From Octopus sinensis (Eukaryota), in NCBI RefSeq assembly GCF_006345805.1, contig NC_043004.1, forward strand, positions 99,944,001 through 100,008,000: a stretch of DNA of 64,000 nucleotides. Direction: 5' to 3'. The notes under the pieces were generated by a model. It was not told the origin of the DNA. It saw only the letters and a list, made by a program, of their open reading frames with translations, and did no database searches. Numbering within the stretch: the first letter of the stretch is position 1; each line of letters begins with the position of its first letter. Positions 50,997 to 63,770 of this stretch are shown here, one piece after another. The position numbers and the translations under genes were made by a program.

Positions 50997-52070
50997 TAAT
51001 GGTTTTAGAGGCCTCAACACTCGGAGATCCTACTCGTAATCCTGCGAAACATCAAATATGTGACAGCTAAAGGGAAGTAGTGCTGCACCAAGAATTGTCT
51101 GATACTAAATTTCAGGCACGATAATCTCGAGAATAGGCACGGGAATCTCGAAAATAGGCACGAGAATCACGAGAATAGGCACGAGAATCTCGAGAATCTC
51201 GAGAATAGGCACGAGAATCACGATAATAGGCACGAGAATCTCGAGAATAGGCACGAGAATCACGATAATAGGCACGAGAATCTCGAGAATAGGCACGAGA
51301 ATCACGATAATAGGCGACAGAGAAATCGAGAATAGGCACGAGAATCTCGAGAATAGGCACGAGAATCTCGAGAATAGGCACGAGAATCACGATAATAGGC
51401 ACGAGAATCACGAGAATAGGCACGGGAATCACGATAATAGGCACGAAAATCTCGAGAATAGGCACGAGAATCACGAGAATAGGCACGAGAATCACGATAA
51501 TAGGCACGAAAATCTCGAGAATAGGCACGAGAATCTCGAGAATAGGCACGAGAATCTCGAGAATAGGCACGAGAATCACGATAATAGGCACGAGAATCTC
51601 GAGAATAGGCACGAGAATCTCGAGAATAGGCACGAGAATCTCGAGAATAGGCACGAGAATCACGAGAATAGTGACGAGAATCACGATAAAAGGCACGAAA
51701 ATCTCGAGAATAGCCACGAGAATCTCGAGAATAGGCACGAGAATCATGAGAATAGGCACAAGAATCTGGAGAATAGGCACGAGAATCCCGATAATAGGCA
51801 CGAGAATCTCGAGAATAGGCACGAGAATCTCGAGAATAGGCACGAGAGTCACTATAATAGGCACGAGAATCTCGAGAATAGGCACGAGAATCTCGAGAAT
51901 AGGCACGAGAATCACGATCATAGGCACGAGAATCTCGAGAATAGGCACAAGAATCTCGAGAATAGGCACGAGAATCTCGGGAATAGGCACGAGAATCACG
52001 ATAATAGGCACGAGAATCAAACCCACGGCCTGATGATCGGGAGCTCAACACCTTTACTACAAAAGCACAA
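50997..52070 (-). mobile_element. SINE family D copy interrupted by a minisatellite
   Basis: Both flanks align to 50197-50416. Confidence 0.65.
51115..52019. repeat. 21-bp minisatellite GAGAATAGGCACGAGAATCTC, about 43 units
   Basis: Variant units CTCGAGAAT / CACGATAAT / CACGAGAAT + AGGCACGAGAAT; 905 bp / 21. Confidence 0.95.
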
Positions 52071-52404
52071 ATCATCAGTGTCATTCAGCCACTTTGTATG
52101 ATGGATATAATGGCTGATATAATCCGCCATATTAGAAGCAAAGAGGACGGTTGGGTTTCGGTGTATGATGTCGACAAATCTGCTTAATTAGGTCTGACCT
52201 CGAACTAAATAACAAGTGTACTTTTGCTGAAGTGCCCACACAGCAGAGCTTCTGACCAGACTAAATCAGAATAAATCTAGAGTCTATGTGGTGTGTGTGA
52301 GTGTGTGTATGAGTGTGTATGTGATCGATGAAAGGTTTCCCAGCAATTGATTGGTTAATTATGTATGGTAGGTCAACAGAAGCAGAAATCACAAAGAAAA
52401 TTTC

Positions 52405-52470
52405 ACACCAGCAACAACAATAACTTTTCCAACTACAACAACAGCAGCAGCAACAACAACAACAACAACA

Positions 52471-52510
<40 letters not shown>

Positions 52511-52636
52511 TTGCTGCTGCTGATACTGCTACTACTATAACTATTTTTACTACTACTGCCAACAACAATAATAAAATTCATGAAAATAGTAGTAGTAGTA
52601 GTAGTAGTAGTAGTAGCTATAGCAGCAGCAGCCAGC

Positions 52637-52669
<33 letters not shown>

Positions 52670-52830
52670 AAAGCATCAACGTCATCACCATTAGTACTAC
52701 TACTAATACTACTAATACTACTATTACTACAAACACCACTACTGCTACGCAAACCGCCAACACCACCACCATCACTAGAGCTTCCACTAGTTACTATTGT
52801 AACCGCCGCTTCTGTTGCTGGTGTTGCTGC
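52405..52830. repeat. compound trinucleotide field (CAA/CTA/GTA/GCA)
   Basis: Direct inspection. Confidence 0.85.
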
Positions 52831-53124
52831 AGACCTGCTTCTCAACTTGACAGAAGTCACAAACAACTATGAAAGAAAAGAAAAATAAACAAAGCTGTGT
52901 AGTTATAAACCAGATTCAGTCAAGCATAAACTATAACTTACCTCACAAAACATTGGAAGATTGCTCCAGAATAGACAGCGAGTAAATAAATTTATGAATA
53001 AATAACTAAATAAATAAATACTTATATTTTATGTGGTAAATTCCACTGATGTGAAACTTTGAGCGATACGGAGGATCAGAACAGGATTCGAATGAATAAG
53101 TGAGAATGTCGGTGAGGGGTAGTT

Positions 53125-53161
53125 GTGCGCGTATGTATGTATATATGTATGTATGCATGTA

Positions 53162-53197
<36 letters not shown>

Positions 53198-53352
53198 TGT
53201 ATGTATGTATGTATGTATGTATGTATGTACGTATGTACGTATGTATGCATGTATGTATGTATATATGTATGTATGTATGTATGGATATATGTATGTATGT
53301 ATATATGTATGTATGCATGTATGTATGTGTCTGCATTTGTATGTGCAATCGA

Positions 53353-53396
<44 letters not shown>

Positions 53397-53501
53397 TATA
53401 TATATAAAATATAAGTTACATATATTTTATAAGTTATATATATATATATATATATATATATTCATATACATATATATATATATATAAAATATAAGTTAGA
53501 G

Positions 53502-53550
<49 letters not shown>

Positions 53551-54065
53551 GTATATATATAAGATGTATCTATATGTGGTTATATATTTACCTATGTACG
53601 TATACCGAAATGTGTGTGAGTGTGTATGCATAAGTAACATTTTTGCATGCATATGTATTATATATTTGTACCTATATTTATGCCTTGCCTGATGTAAAAA
53701 AAAAAATTAAATGATATTGTTACATCTGATGCAGATGCCTCTGATAATGATGATAGCGATGAGGAATATAATAAATCAGCAGTAATATTATATTTAAAAA
53801 ATCACTAACACATATAGAATGTATAATACACACAAACATGCACACATACACACACACATACACACATACCCGCACGTGTATATACAATTATATATATATA
53901 TATATATGCGAACACACACTTCATATATATGAATGTATATATATATATATATATATTGTATATATATACATACATATATATATATATCTATATATATATA
54001 TATTATATATATATACATATATATATTATATACATATATATTCATATTTATAAATGTATATATAC

Positions 54066-54103
<38 letters not shown>

Positions 54104-54146
54104 TATATTATATATGTATGTATATACATTTATACATATTAATATA

Positions 54147-54189
<43 letters not shown>

Positions 54190-54232
54190 TATGTATATAT
54201 ATAGTATATACATTTATACATATTAATATATA

Positions 54233-54285
<53 letters not shown>

Positions 54286-54455
54286 GTATAATATACATTT
54301 ATACATATGAATATATATGTATAATATATACATACATACATATATATATATAAATATACATACATATATATATACATATATTTATATATATGTATATATA
54401 TATATGTATATATATACATATATATATACATACATGGAGTCATATATATATAAAT
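53125..54455. repeat. (ATGT)n and long (TA)n-rich field with internal higher-order duplications
   Basis: Direct inspection; for example TATACATTTATACATATTAATATAT recurs. Confidence 0.85.
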
Positions 54456-55297
54456 GTATATCACCATATCTGGATACACTCCCAGAGGAAATTAAAGAAA
54501 ATAATCTACAGCTATGTCCTTTCAGTCTGATTGCATCCACTTGATGTTGTCACAGTCCTCACATAAAACATATCGATCCGAATAGAGAGGTACGTGTAGG
54601 CTAGGAGGGTAAGGCGATATTGGGCTTTTGTTGTGTCTTTTATTTATTATATTTTTTTGTTGTGGTTAGTTTTTGGTGTTGACATTGTTGTTCTGATGCC
54701 ATGGTTGAACAGTGTTAGCTATCCCTGTATACATTCATATACACAAATATCAGATCGGCGTCAGTCACTCAATGATCATAAAATTAAATGAGTTGGATGT
54801 TGGGGTATAAATGTTTGTGTATATGTGTCTGCGTTAATCTATCTTGATGTTGAGTGAAGGTGTTTTTCTGTGTGCCTAAATACACACACACACACACACA
54901 CATATATACATGCATACATACATACACACTCGTGTTGTTGCTTGATTATTTAAATATTTCTATTCGTGAATATCTATGTGTTAAGTGATTTGTATGAATG
55001 ATGAATGTGATTGCATTTGCGTATATTAAGTATGCCATGTACATATTATATATATATACACAAAAATGTATATGCACAAACATATATATATATATATATA
55101 TAAACCTGACACATATGCATGCATACATAAGCACACACAAACATCCCAACAAATGAAGTATTTTGCTTCATAAGCACGGGTTTCCCGGCACTGTAGCACT
55201 GCACATACCTTAAACAACGTGCTCTACTTTAACGCTGTTCAAAATACAGATTCGTGAAACGGTGAAGATGCAAGATGCAGATATGCGCCTAAAAATT

Positions 55298-55359
<62 letters not shown>

Positions 55360-55384
55360 ATATATAGGTGCCATGATAGATAGT

Positions 55385-55570
55385 TAGCCACTACACACAT
55401 TTTTTCTCTCCTTGTTTCTCTCCTTGTTTTTTTCTGTGTACCCTTCTGTAGAAGAGCGTAAACTCGAAACGTAAAAGACTTTTTCTATTCCTGAGCACTA
55501 TACTAATACATCTGTTTGTTTTGTACACCACCTGTCTTCGTCTTTTGTTTATTTTCGCAAACTTTCCCTT
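55385..55570 (+). mobile_element. Penelope-like terminal repeat (GAAGAGCGTAGGCTCGAAACGT family)
   Basis: Close match to 28807-28992; CTGTAGA core at 55446; inside (TA)n. Confidence 0.65.
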
Positions 55571-55571
55571 T

Positions 55572-55639
<68 letters not shown>

Positions 55640-55994
55640 ATTCATTTGTGAATTAAAGGCAGTGTTGGTGTTGCAAATATTATCGACCGCACATACTAAA
55701 TGTATGAGTGTTGCTTGTTCGCCGGTTCGTTGCGGAATAGCAATTTGGGGGGGACAACTATTTCATAGCATTGGTTGTTAAAATACCTGAAAGTCATGCA
55801 GGCGAGTCGCCTCCAGTCCCATGCAGGAGAGACAGATACCGATATTGGACCATTTTTGTACTTATCCTCATCACGTACCTTAATCAGACAGAGGATGTAC
55901 TGAATCGCCAGCGTATGATGATATGCAAATAGCGTAAGAACCACATGGTGGTATGCTACAGCATTGCAAACGTAAGATTATTTATATATTTATG

Positions 55995-56395
55995 TGGGGG
56001 GGGGGGTTAAAAAGCTTGCTTCCCAACCACATGCTTTCAAGTGCAGTCCCACTGCGTGGCTGCTATATCCTCGGCCGACCAAAGCCTTGTGAGTAGATTT
56101 GATTGGCGGGAACTGAAAGAAGCCCCTAAAATATGTACGTATATATAAATATATATACATGTATATATCTACGTGTGTGTACCTTTGTGTTTGTTTGTCC
56201 CCACCATCACTGTTTGTCACCCAGTGATGGTGTGTTTACGTTCTCGTAACATAGCGGTTCGGCAAAGGAATTCAATAGAATAAGTACCAGACTTAATAAA
56301 CAAAATCCTGGGCTCGACTTGTTCAGCTAAAACCACTTCAAGGACGCTCCAGTATGGACGCAATCAAATGTCTGAAACAAGCAAAAGGATAAACT
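55995..56395 (+). mobile_element. SINE family A-related, diverged
   Basis: GCTTGCTTCCCAACCACATG...GGCCGACCAAAGCCTTGTGAG...CTGAAACAAGCAAAAG. Confidence 0.8.
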
Positions 56396-56409
56396 AAAAT
56401 GTACGTATG

Positions 56410-56443
<34 letters not shown>

Positions 56444-56745
56444 TGTATGTATGTATGTATGTATGTATGTATGTATGTATGTATCTATGTATCAGGGATC
56501 ACAGTTACGTAAAACCTTGAATAAAATATTGGTTTGTCTGGAAAGTTCTGGCCTATTTATAGTAGCTTACTTTTCGACTTATTTTAGAACATGGTTGAGT
56601 CCATAAAATAGGATTTAACTACACTTCCATTTAGAGTACAGTTTAAGCTATCTTTTCGTGGAAGAAGGTTTATGTTCCTATAACCTGTGTTAATTCTGGA
56701 ACCCTTTAAAATGGAAGATAAGAAAGTTCATTTTCTGTACTTGAT

Positions 56746-57097
56746 GCTTTGGGAACCAGACAAAAAATTGCTGCAGCTCGGCTGGGATGTGCTACTCCAC
56801 CCTCCATATTCACCAGATATTGCTCCTTCGGATTTCCACTTATTCAGGTCTCTTTAGAATAGTCTTAATGGTAAAAATGTCAATTCCTTGGATGACGTAA
56901 AAAGATACCTTGATGAATTCTTTGCCATGAAGCCACCTCAATTCTGGGAAGAGGATATTTTCAAGTTATAGGAAAGGTGGAGACGCATTGTGCAACGAAA
57001 TGCTTCATATTTGGTTGATTAAAAATGTAATGGCAAATATTTATTGACCTTTTTCTTTCCTTTAAATATCGGCACGAACTTACCGGACAACCCAATA
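56746..57097 (+). mobile_element. mariner transposon 3' end (transposase C-terminus plus TIR)
   Basis: LLQLGWDVLLHPPYSPDIAPSDFHLFRSL*...ERWRRIVQRNASYLVD*; ends ACGAACTTACCGGACAACCCAATA. Confidence 0.9.
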
Positions 57098-57329
57098 CAT
57101 GCATGTAGATTGATATTTAATCCATTCATGTACATTCGGAGCTTTCTCTGTTTCTTCCCCCTAGTCAACATGTGTAAAAGCATGTTGGGCTATCCAATCG
57201 TGGATCGCATATATTTCTGTATTATAATGCCTCAACCATGAATACCGAATTCATCGCTCACTGTCCTACCAATAGTTCTGTTTCAGCGGATATATTTCTT
57301 TTCTAGACTTTTCCGCAGAAAGGGTCCTC

Positions 57330-57558
57330 GAACGTTCGAGTGTACTCTTATATGTTAAGCCAATGTATATACATGTATATCAATGAGGAATGGTAAAGAT
57401 CCAGAAACTCTGCGTCTGGGAATCCGATAGGAGGCACCCTAGGTAGATATGGTGTTCTTGCGCCTTTTGTCATAAGTGAGAATATTTTATCCGCGGTAAC
57501 TGCAGCGAATTTGCTTTTAGAATTTGAAATGTCACAAATATATTTTAACAGCTGTAAT
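57330..57558. repeat. unclassified interspersed repeat X, copy 1
   Basis: Shares CCAGAAACTCTGCGTCTGGGAAT and GTAACTGCAGCGAATTTGCTTTTAGAATTTGAAATG-like blocks with 58205-58425. Confidence 0.5.
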
Positions 57559-57567
57559 ACTCGCTTA

Positions 57568-57820
57568 GTGGAGGCGCGTGGTTTAGTGGTTAGGGTATCA
57601 GCACCATGATCGCAAGATTGTGGTTTCGATTCCTGGACCGGGCGATGCGTTGTATTCTTGAGCAAAACACTTCATTTCACGTTGCTCCAGTCCACTCAAC
57701 TGGCTAAAATAAGTAACGCTGCGATGGACCGGCGTCCCGTCCGGCTGGGGAACACATACGCCATAGAAACCGGGAAACCGGGCCCATGAGCCTGGGTAGG
57801 CTTTAAAAGGGAGTATTTAT
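57568..57820 (+). mobile_element. SINE family C (tRNA head plus Meta/V-like central domain)
   Basis: GTGGTTAGGGTATC...GGTTTCGATTCC, then TTCTTGAGCAAAACACTTCATTTCACGTTGCTCCAGTCCACTCA; domain label from recall. Confidence 0.85.
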
Positions 57821-57822
57821 AT

Positions 57823-58080
57823 GTGGAGGCCCGTGGATTAATAGTTAGGGTGTCAACATCATAATCATAAGATTGTGGTTTCGATTTCTGGACTGGGTGA
57901 CGCGTTGTGTTCTTGAGCACAAACTTCATTTCATGTTGCTCCAGTCCACTCAGCTAGCGAAAATGATTAACGCTGCGATGGACTGGCGTCTCGTCCAGGT
58001 GGGGAACACATACACCATAGAACCCGGGAAAACGGGCCCATGAGCCTGGCTAGCCTTTAATAAAAGGGCGCATTTATTTT
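57823..58080 (+). mobile_element. SINE family C, tandem second copy
   Basis: Aligns end to end with 57568-57820. Confidence 0.85.
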
Positions 58081-58204
58081 TATAACACAAGCTTAAGCCT
58101 AATCGCTGGTTGGCACTGATACTGACTATGTTTTGCCGTCCAGGCGGTCTGATAGCGTAACTTAGTTAAAGTTGTCGACTGATTTTAGTTAAAGCTCCGG
58201 CTTT

Positions 58205-58422
58205 AACTTTACCCAGATTTATCTCTCATCGCTATTTCCCAATGGGGAAGGCTAAAGAGCCAGGAACACTGCGTATGGGAATACGTTGTTGAGTGAAGGA
58301 CAACACTAGGGTGATAGGGGGACTTTAACATAAGGGCATAACTTTTTTCCTCCTGAGTAGCTGCAGCGATTTTTCCATTAGAAGTTGAAATATGTAACAG
58401 ACATATTTTAACTAACTTAAAG

Positions 58423-58425
<3 letters not shown>
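58205..58425. repeat. unclassified interspersed repeat X, copy 2
   Basis: Diverged homolog of 57330-57558. Confidence 0.5.
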
Positions 58426-58466
<41 letters not shown>

Positions 58467-58630
58467 TGCATACATACATCGGTATGCATATAATTCTAAA
58501 TGTTAAAAGAGGTGAATTAGCATCGTCTGGTTTGGCACACTTTATTCGTTCTGACACTCTCCACTTTGAGTTCAAATATCACCGCCGTTAACCTTGAATT
58601 TCTTCCTTTAGGGCATGATAAAACATTTAG

Positions 58631-58735
58631 GAAACTATGTGAAATGACTGGCTCCAATGTTACTGCATCTGATGAAATGATTTGCATTATCTGTACTACA
58701 ACGCTTGCTACAATGCAGGTTGCAAGCTCTATCAG
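58631..58735 (+). CDS. candidate 105-bp symmetric exon, unknown product
   Basis: tttag|...ATCAG|gtaaaa; open frame KLCEMTGSNVTASDEMICIICTTTLATMQVASSI. The opposite strand also gives a Cys-spaced frame, so strand is ambiguous. Confidence 0.18.
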
Positions 58736-59139
58736 GTAAAATATAAATAAACTTGCCATTTGGGAAGTGGGTGCTTGTGACCATGATCAATTGATTTCCT
58801 TTTTTGCCATGGAACTTTCTCAAAAATTCTGCATAGCTTTGTGCATATTGTAAATACATATACGTCCTATACTGAATTATAAATACTTGTACATCTTTGC
58901 TTCTATGTACCAACTGCGTATTCTTCTTGCCCCGTAGGTTTTATCTTCGCACGTACACATAAAACGATATAGATATAGATACAACCCGTTTCTAGGCTTT
59001 TAGATTTCTATTAGAGGAAGAATAATGAATTTTTGCCTGCAGAGAGACTAACAGCATTTTGCCAAGTCAGCCAGTACATTAACAAAAAAAAAACAAAAAA
59101 TTAATCACTATATTAATTTATAATGCACTATGCAACACT

Positions 59140-59151
59140 TATTGTTATTGC

Positions 59152-59221
<70 letters not shown>

Positions 59222-59250
59222 GCTTTTATTATTATTATTATTATTACTGC

Positions 59251-59311
<61 letters not shown>

Positions 59312-59313
59312 GC

Positions 59314-59370
<57 letters not shown>

Positions 59371-59396
59371 CGTTATCATTACCATTTCAGGCCTTG

Positions 59397-59445
<49 letters not shown>

Positions 59446-59500
59446 GTTGTCATCGTGATCGTCTTCATCGCCATCATCACCTGCCTCGTCTTCGTCAATA
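59140..59500. repeat. (ATT)n with periodic GCTTTT interruptions, then (ATC)n
   Basis: GCTTTT(ATT)n unit repeated four times. Confidence 0.9.
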
Positions 59501-59679
59501 TTATTGTCATCCTTTGATATGGCTTTTTGCAACAATTTCTGCCTGCTGTCGTCCACGCACTAGTGCAGGTATTGTTATATAATGGCCATTTCACAGCATA
59601 ATGTAGTTTTTAAAGCACAGAAAATAATTTTAGAATCAGTGTATAGAAATATAAATAATAAGGTATGAAAAATTCAGAA

Positions 59680-60345
59680 TTAATATTACAAAGATAAAAT
59701 TTACGTAAAATGTGAGCGATATTGTTAGGAACGACTGTTTTTTCAATTTCGTGAATTTCGAATTTACCAGGAATTTTTCCATGGAACTCATTTAAATTCT
59801 CCTTTATGATTCTAAGTGCACCAATTATGACTAGTGTTATCGGTGTCTTCAATTGCTAGATTCTGTTAATCGAAAATTTCTATTTCTATGTAATTTGAAA
59901 GTTTGTCTGCAAGTTGTCGTAGTCCTGGCAGATACGTTTTTATTAAATAGTATAATCGTATCCAAAAGCAGAATGCTTTGTCTTTTAAACCATTCACGAT
60001 AATATCAGTCTGATTGCCGTTTATAGTAAAGTTTGTATTGACTGGTAAAATCCAATAACACTGTTGCGTCTTTTTTCCCCGAATACCTGTACAGAACAGT
60101 GTTCACACAAGTTCTTAGCATGCTCTGTACCATATGGTGTCAAGTAAAGGTTTTGCCCAACTCAATGGTGCCGAGCTTATATTCTCTTAGAGCCAATATT
60201 GAACGCCCTAAAACTATATGACCTTTTGGCTCGACTTCTTCGTCACAGATTCTGCATTTTAAACCCAGTTTATTTTTGAGGACATTTTGCTTGGAATTTC
60301 TTGTGAATATGCTCGTATCTCATCTAACAAGAATGAACACCTCAG
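59680..60345 (-). mobile_element. R4/Dong-like non-LTR retrotransposon (RLE endonuclease) 3' relic
   Basis: KCRICDEEVE (zinc knuckle), NQTDIIV (cf. NRPDII), LLDTII...KNVSA, ITLVIIGALR and AHILRK, in the order typical of RLE-clade ORF C-termini. Frameshifted. Confidence 0.8.
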
Positions 60346-60509
60346 TTAGCGATTTAACCTTGAGCTCCGCAGCAACTAATGGGTTTGTGGTTGGTTAAAA
60401 GTGTTCAGAGTGTAAAGTTGGTATTGGCCGAGTAATTTTGTTTTTGTCTATCTTTCAGGGTCCCTGTATTTAACGTCACAATAGCTTAAAATCTTACCAA
60501 GGACATGCT

Positions 60510-60820
60510 TGTATACATGCCTGCAGAAATACATACATAAATACATACATACATACATACATATATACATACATACATGCATGCATACATACCTGTATGT
60601 ATTCATCGACAGTTCGACCAACACACCAACTCAACCACATATTTACAAACACCGGGAACTCTCTCAACTCAAAAGGTCTCCTTGCTTTGTTAGCGACCGG
60701 CTTGAACTCTTTCAAGAACTTCAATTAAGCTCAAAGAAAAAACATACATACATATATACATACAAACATATATACGTACGTGCATACATACTTGCATACA
60801 TACATACATATAGGCATACA

Positions 60821-60854
<34 letters not shown>

Positions 60855-61040
60855 CATACAAACATATATACATACGTGCATACATACATGCATACATACA
60901 TACATACATGCATACATACATACATACATACATGCATGCATACATACATACATACATACATACATACATACATACATACATACATACATACATACATACA
61001 TACATACATACATACATACATACATACACACATACATAAT
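60510..61040. repeat. (ATAC)n microsatellite field
   Basis: Direct inspection. Confidence 0.85.
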
Positions 61041-61298
61041 ATAATACATTGAAGCAGCTGCTGATTCACTCCTAGTCTAGTTTGGTTCATATTTTAGTTG
61101 ACAAAATGAATGGATGTGAGCGTCATGCGTATTGGCGGAGAACACTGGCTAGATCGATTTTCATTCAACAATAGCAGTATGATGAAACCTTCCCCTGCCT
61201 CTGCACAAGGAATAAGAGGTTTTACTACAAATAACTGGATGACTGTACTCTCAGGTCCAAACACTTCCCATCTCAAAAATTCTAGGAAAACTATACCG

Positions 61299-61719
61299 TA
61301 GGCGTAGGAGTGGCTGTGTGGTAAGTAGCTTGCTTACGAACCACATGGCTCCGGGTTTAGTCCCACTGCGTGGCACCTTGGGCAAGTGTCTTCTACTATA
61401 GCCTCGGGCCGACGAAAGCCTTGTGAGTGGATTTGGTAGACAGAAACTGAAAGAAGCCCGTCGTATATATGTATATATATATATATATGTGTATGTTTAT
61501 GTGTCTGTGTTTGTGTCCCCCCCCACATCGATTGACAACCGATGCTGATGTGTTTACGTCCCCGTATCTTAGCGGTTCAGCAAAAGAGACCGATAGAATA
61601 AGTACTAGACTTACAAAGAATAAGTCCTGGGGTCGATTTCTTCGACTAAAGGCGGCGCTCCAGCATGGTCACAGTCAAAATGACTGAAACAATTAAATGA
61701 GAATGAGTAAATGAGTAAT
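61299..61719 (+). mobile_element. SINE family A
   Basis: Full-length copy. Confidence 0.9.
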
Positions 61720-63261
61720 GACATGGAATAGTAAAGGTCCGCTATTATAAAACTGCCTCCCTAAATGCGTACAAAACTTGACTAAACTGTTCATTAGATT
61801 TATAACTGGAACCTGAATGCATTTCACACTAGCATGATGAATGAAAATATGCAAACACCGTGCAGCTGGTGCAAGAATGACTTGTCAGATTCATTTGTGC
61901 ACAAGTCAAATTTTCCAGCAAAAAGGAAAATCTCAATAATGAGACTGAGTCGCTAGTACTTACAATGTGGTACAAATGGCATTGAACAAACATTTTGAAC
62001 GTGATGCTCCAGCATGGCTTTTACCATGATATCTAAAATGCGTTGAAGGACGAAAACACAAAGAATTTACCAGACTTTCAGATGTCTTTCTTTTGCTATT
62101 TCAACCGACATAAGTCAACAAACAGAATATAAAGTATCTGCATACATGTATGTAAACAAGCAGTAGAAAATGAATGTTTGAAAAACATGTGTAAAAAAAC
62201 CAGCATATTACGTTTCTGTACAGACACTTGTAAACAGGCAGAATATAAATTGTTTCCATGCAGATACTTTTATTTCCTTTCGCAATTTTAAGAATTACTG
62301 TTAAAAATTTATATTTCGGGAAAAAAAATGACATTTTACATGCATATAATCCAACACAATTTTCTTTTACTTGTCTTTAAAATAACAAAAAATTAATACG
62401 TTCATTGTTTTTCTTAAATTTCAGGTAGTAAAATAAATATAATTTCAGGAAAAAATTTTTTTATCAGAATATTGTGATATTGTGCAAAGACGCATGAACT
62501 CACATGTCTGTGGTTGTGTGTGAGCAGGAGTGTTTGTGTACATGTGTGGTGTGTTTCTATGTGTGCGTATTTGCAGCTGTCTCTTTTTACAAAATGTCGA
62601 TATGGTCGAACTGAAGACAATACACTAGAATATAAATATATATTATGTATTTCATCTCGAGACATTTTACATTTCATTACACAAACTTTTATGCCTGGAG
62701 TCAATTCCCAGACGATGTTACATGATAGTGGGAAATCCATATCGGTCGTAGGATACCAAATGAAAAGAACCATGTATTAACGGATTTTTGGTTGGTTCTA
62801 TGCCATTTTTTTCAGATGGTAATGTGTTGATGTATATCTTGCAGATTAATCTGGTTCGAATGTTTCATTGTAATTACATGGATATGAATAATATTCGAGT
62901 CGATACTTCGACACTGATTTGGTATCACTCTTTAGAATATATGCTGTTTCATTTTATGTTTCGAAATTTATGTGTATATATAAATGTTGTCTTCGAATTT
63001 CAATTACTTGAATTCTTCCTGAAAGAAAGGAGACACATTCTAAGAGAAGTACACAGTTCCATCATTGTAATATAGATAACAAAAACAATGTCACAAGTTC
63101 AACTTCTGAAAAGTTTTGCCTATTTTTACTGTTCTGTTTAGAGATCTAATGTGTCTACTAGCTGATTAATCTATATTTCGCAAACTCCCAGCTTTTCTAG
63201 ATTGCCTATTACGCATTAAATAACAAAAACGAGTTCACTAATTATTCGTATGTGCTGGCAA

Positions 63262-63770
63262 TACTGTGTGGTAAGAAGCTTGCTTTTCAACCACATGAGA
63301 TGCCGACGACCGCTCGGTTCAAAGTCTCCCTTGACCACAAGTGGCCTGAACTCTTTACATGAACACCACCCTGTACATAACTCCATGTCCCCTTACATGG
63401 CCTTGCTTTTTTGCTTTTTGAGCCAAAAAATTAACTAACTAACTAACACATGGGTTCACATTCAGTCCCGCTATATGATACCTTCTACTATAACTCCGGA
63501 CTAACCAAAACCTTGTGAGTGTATTTGGTAGACGGAAACTATAAGAAACCTGTCGTGTATATTTTATATATGTGTGTGTGTGTGTATAAGTGTGTGTGTG
63601 TATCACCTAAAGCTTAGCAACCGGTATTTGTTTGTTTATGTCTTCTTAATTTAGAGATTCGTTAAAAGAGACCGACAGAATAAGTATGGGGTCAATTCAT
63701 TCGACTAAAATTTCTTCAACGTGATCCCCCAGCACGGTCGCAGATTTATGACTGAAACAAGTAATAGATA
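63262..63770 (+). mobile_element. old SINE family A-related copy interrupted by a CR1 insertion
   Basis: TGTGTGGTAAGAAGCTTGCTTTTCAACCACATG ... resumes CACATGGGTTCACATTCAGTCCC. Confidence 0.75.
63298..63446 (+). mobile_element. CR1 LINE 3' end, 5'-truncated, with CACATG TSD
   Basis: Reverse complement of about 1280-1440; (TAAC)n tail; CACATG at 63292-63297 and 63447-63452. Confidence 0.85.

Noticed and set aside
51115-52019. CRISPR-like array or genuine 304-aa / 260-aa protein
   Set aside because: No unique spacers, eukaryotic context, and it clearly derives from a SINE segment.
55696-55944. ORF containing YFNNQCY (C-type-lectin-like start)
   Set aside because: The rest of the lectin fold is absent and the frame stops soon after.
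62414-63075. Several 88-119-aa ORFs; a faint piggyBac-like GIKVCV word; strong acceptors
   Set aside because: No consistent motif series or donor/acceptor pairing to support a call.
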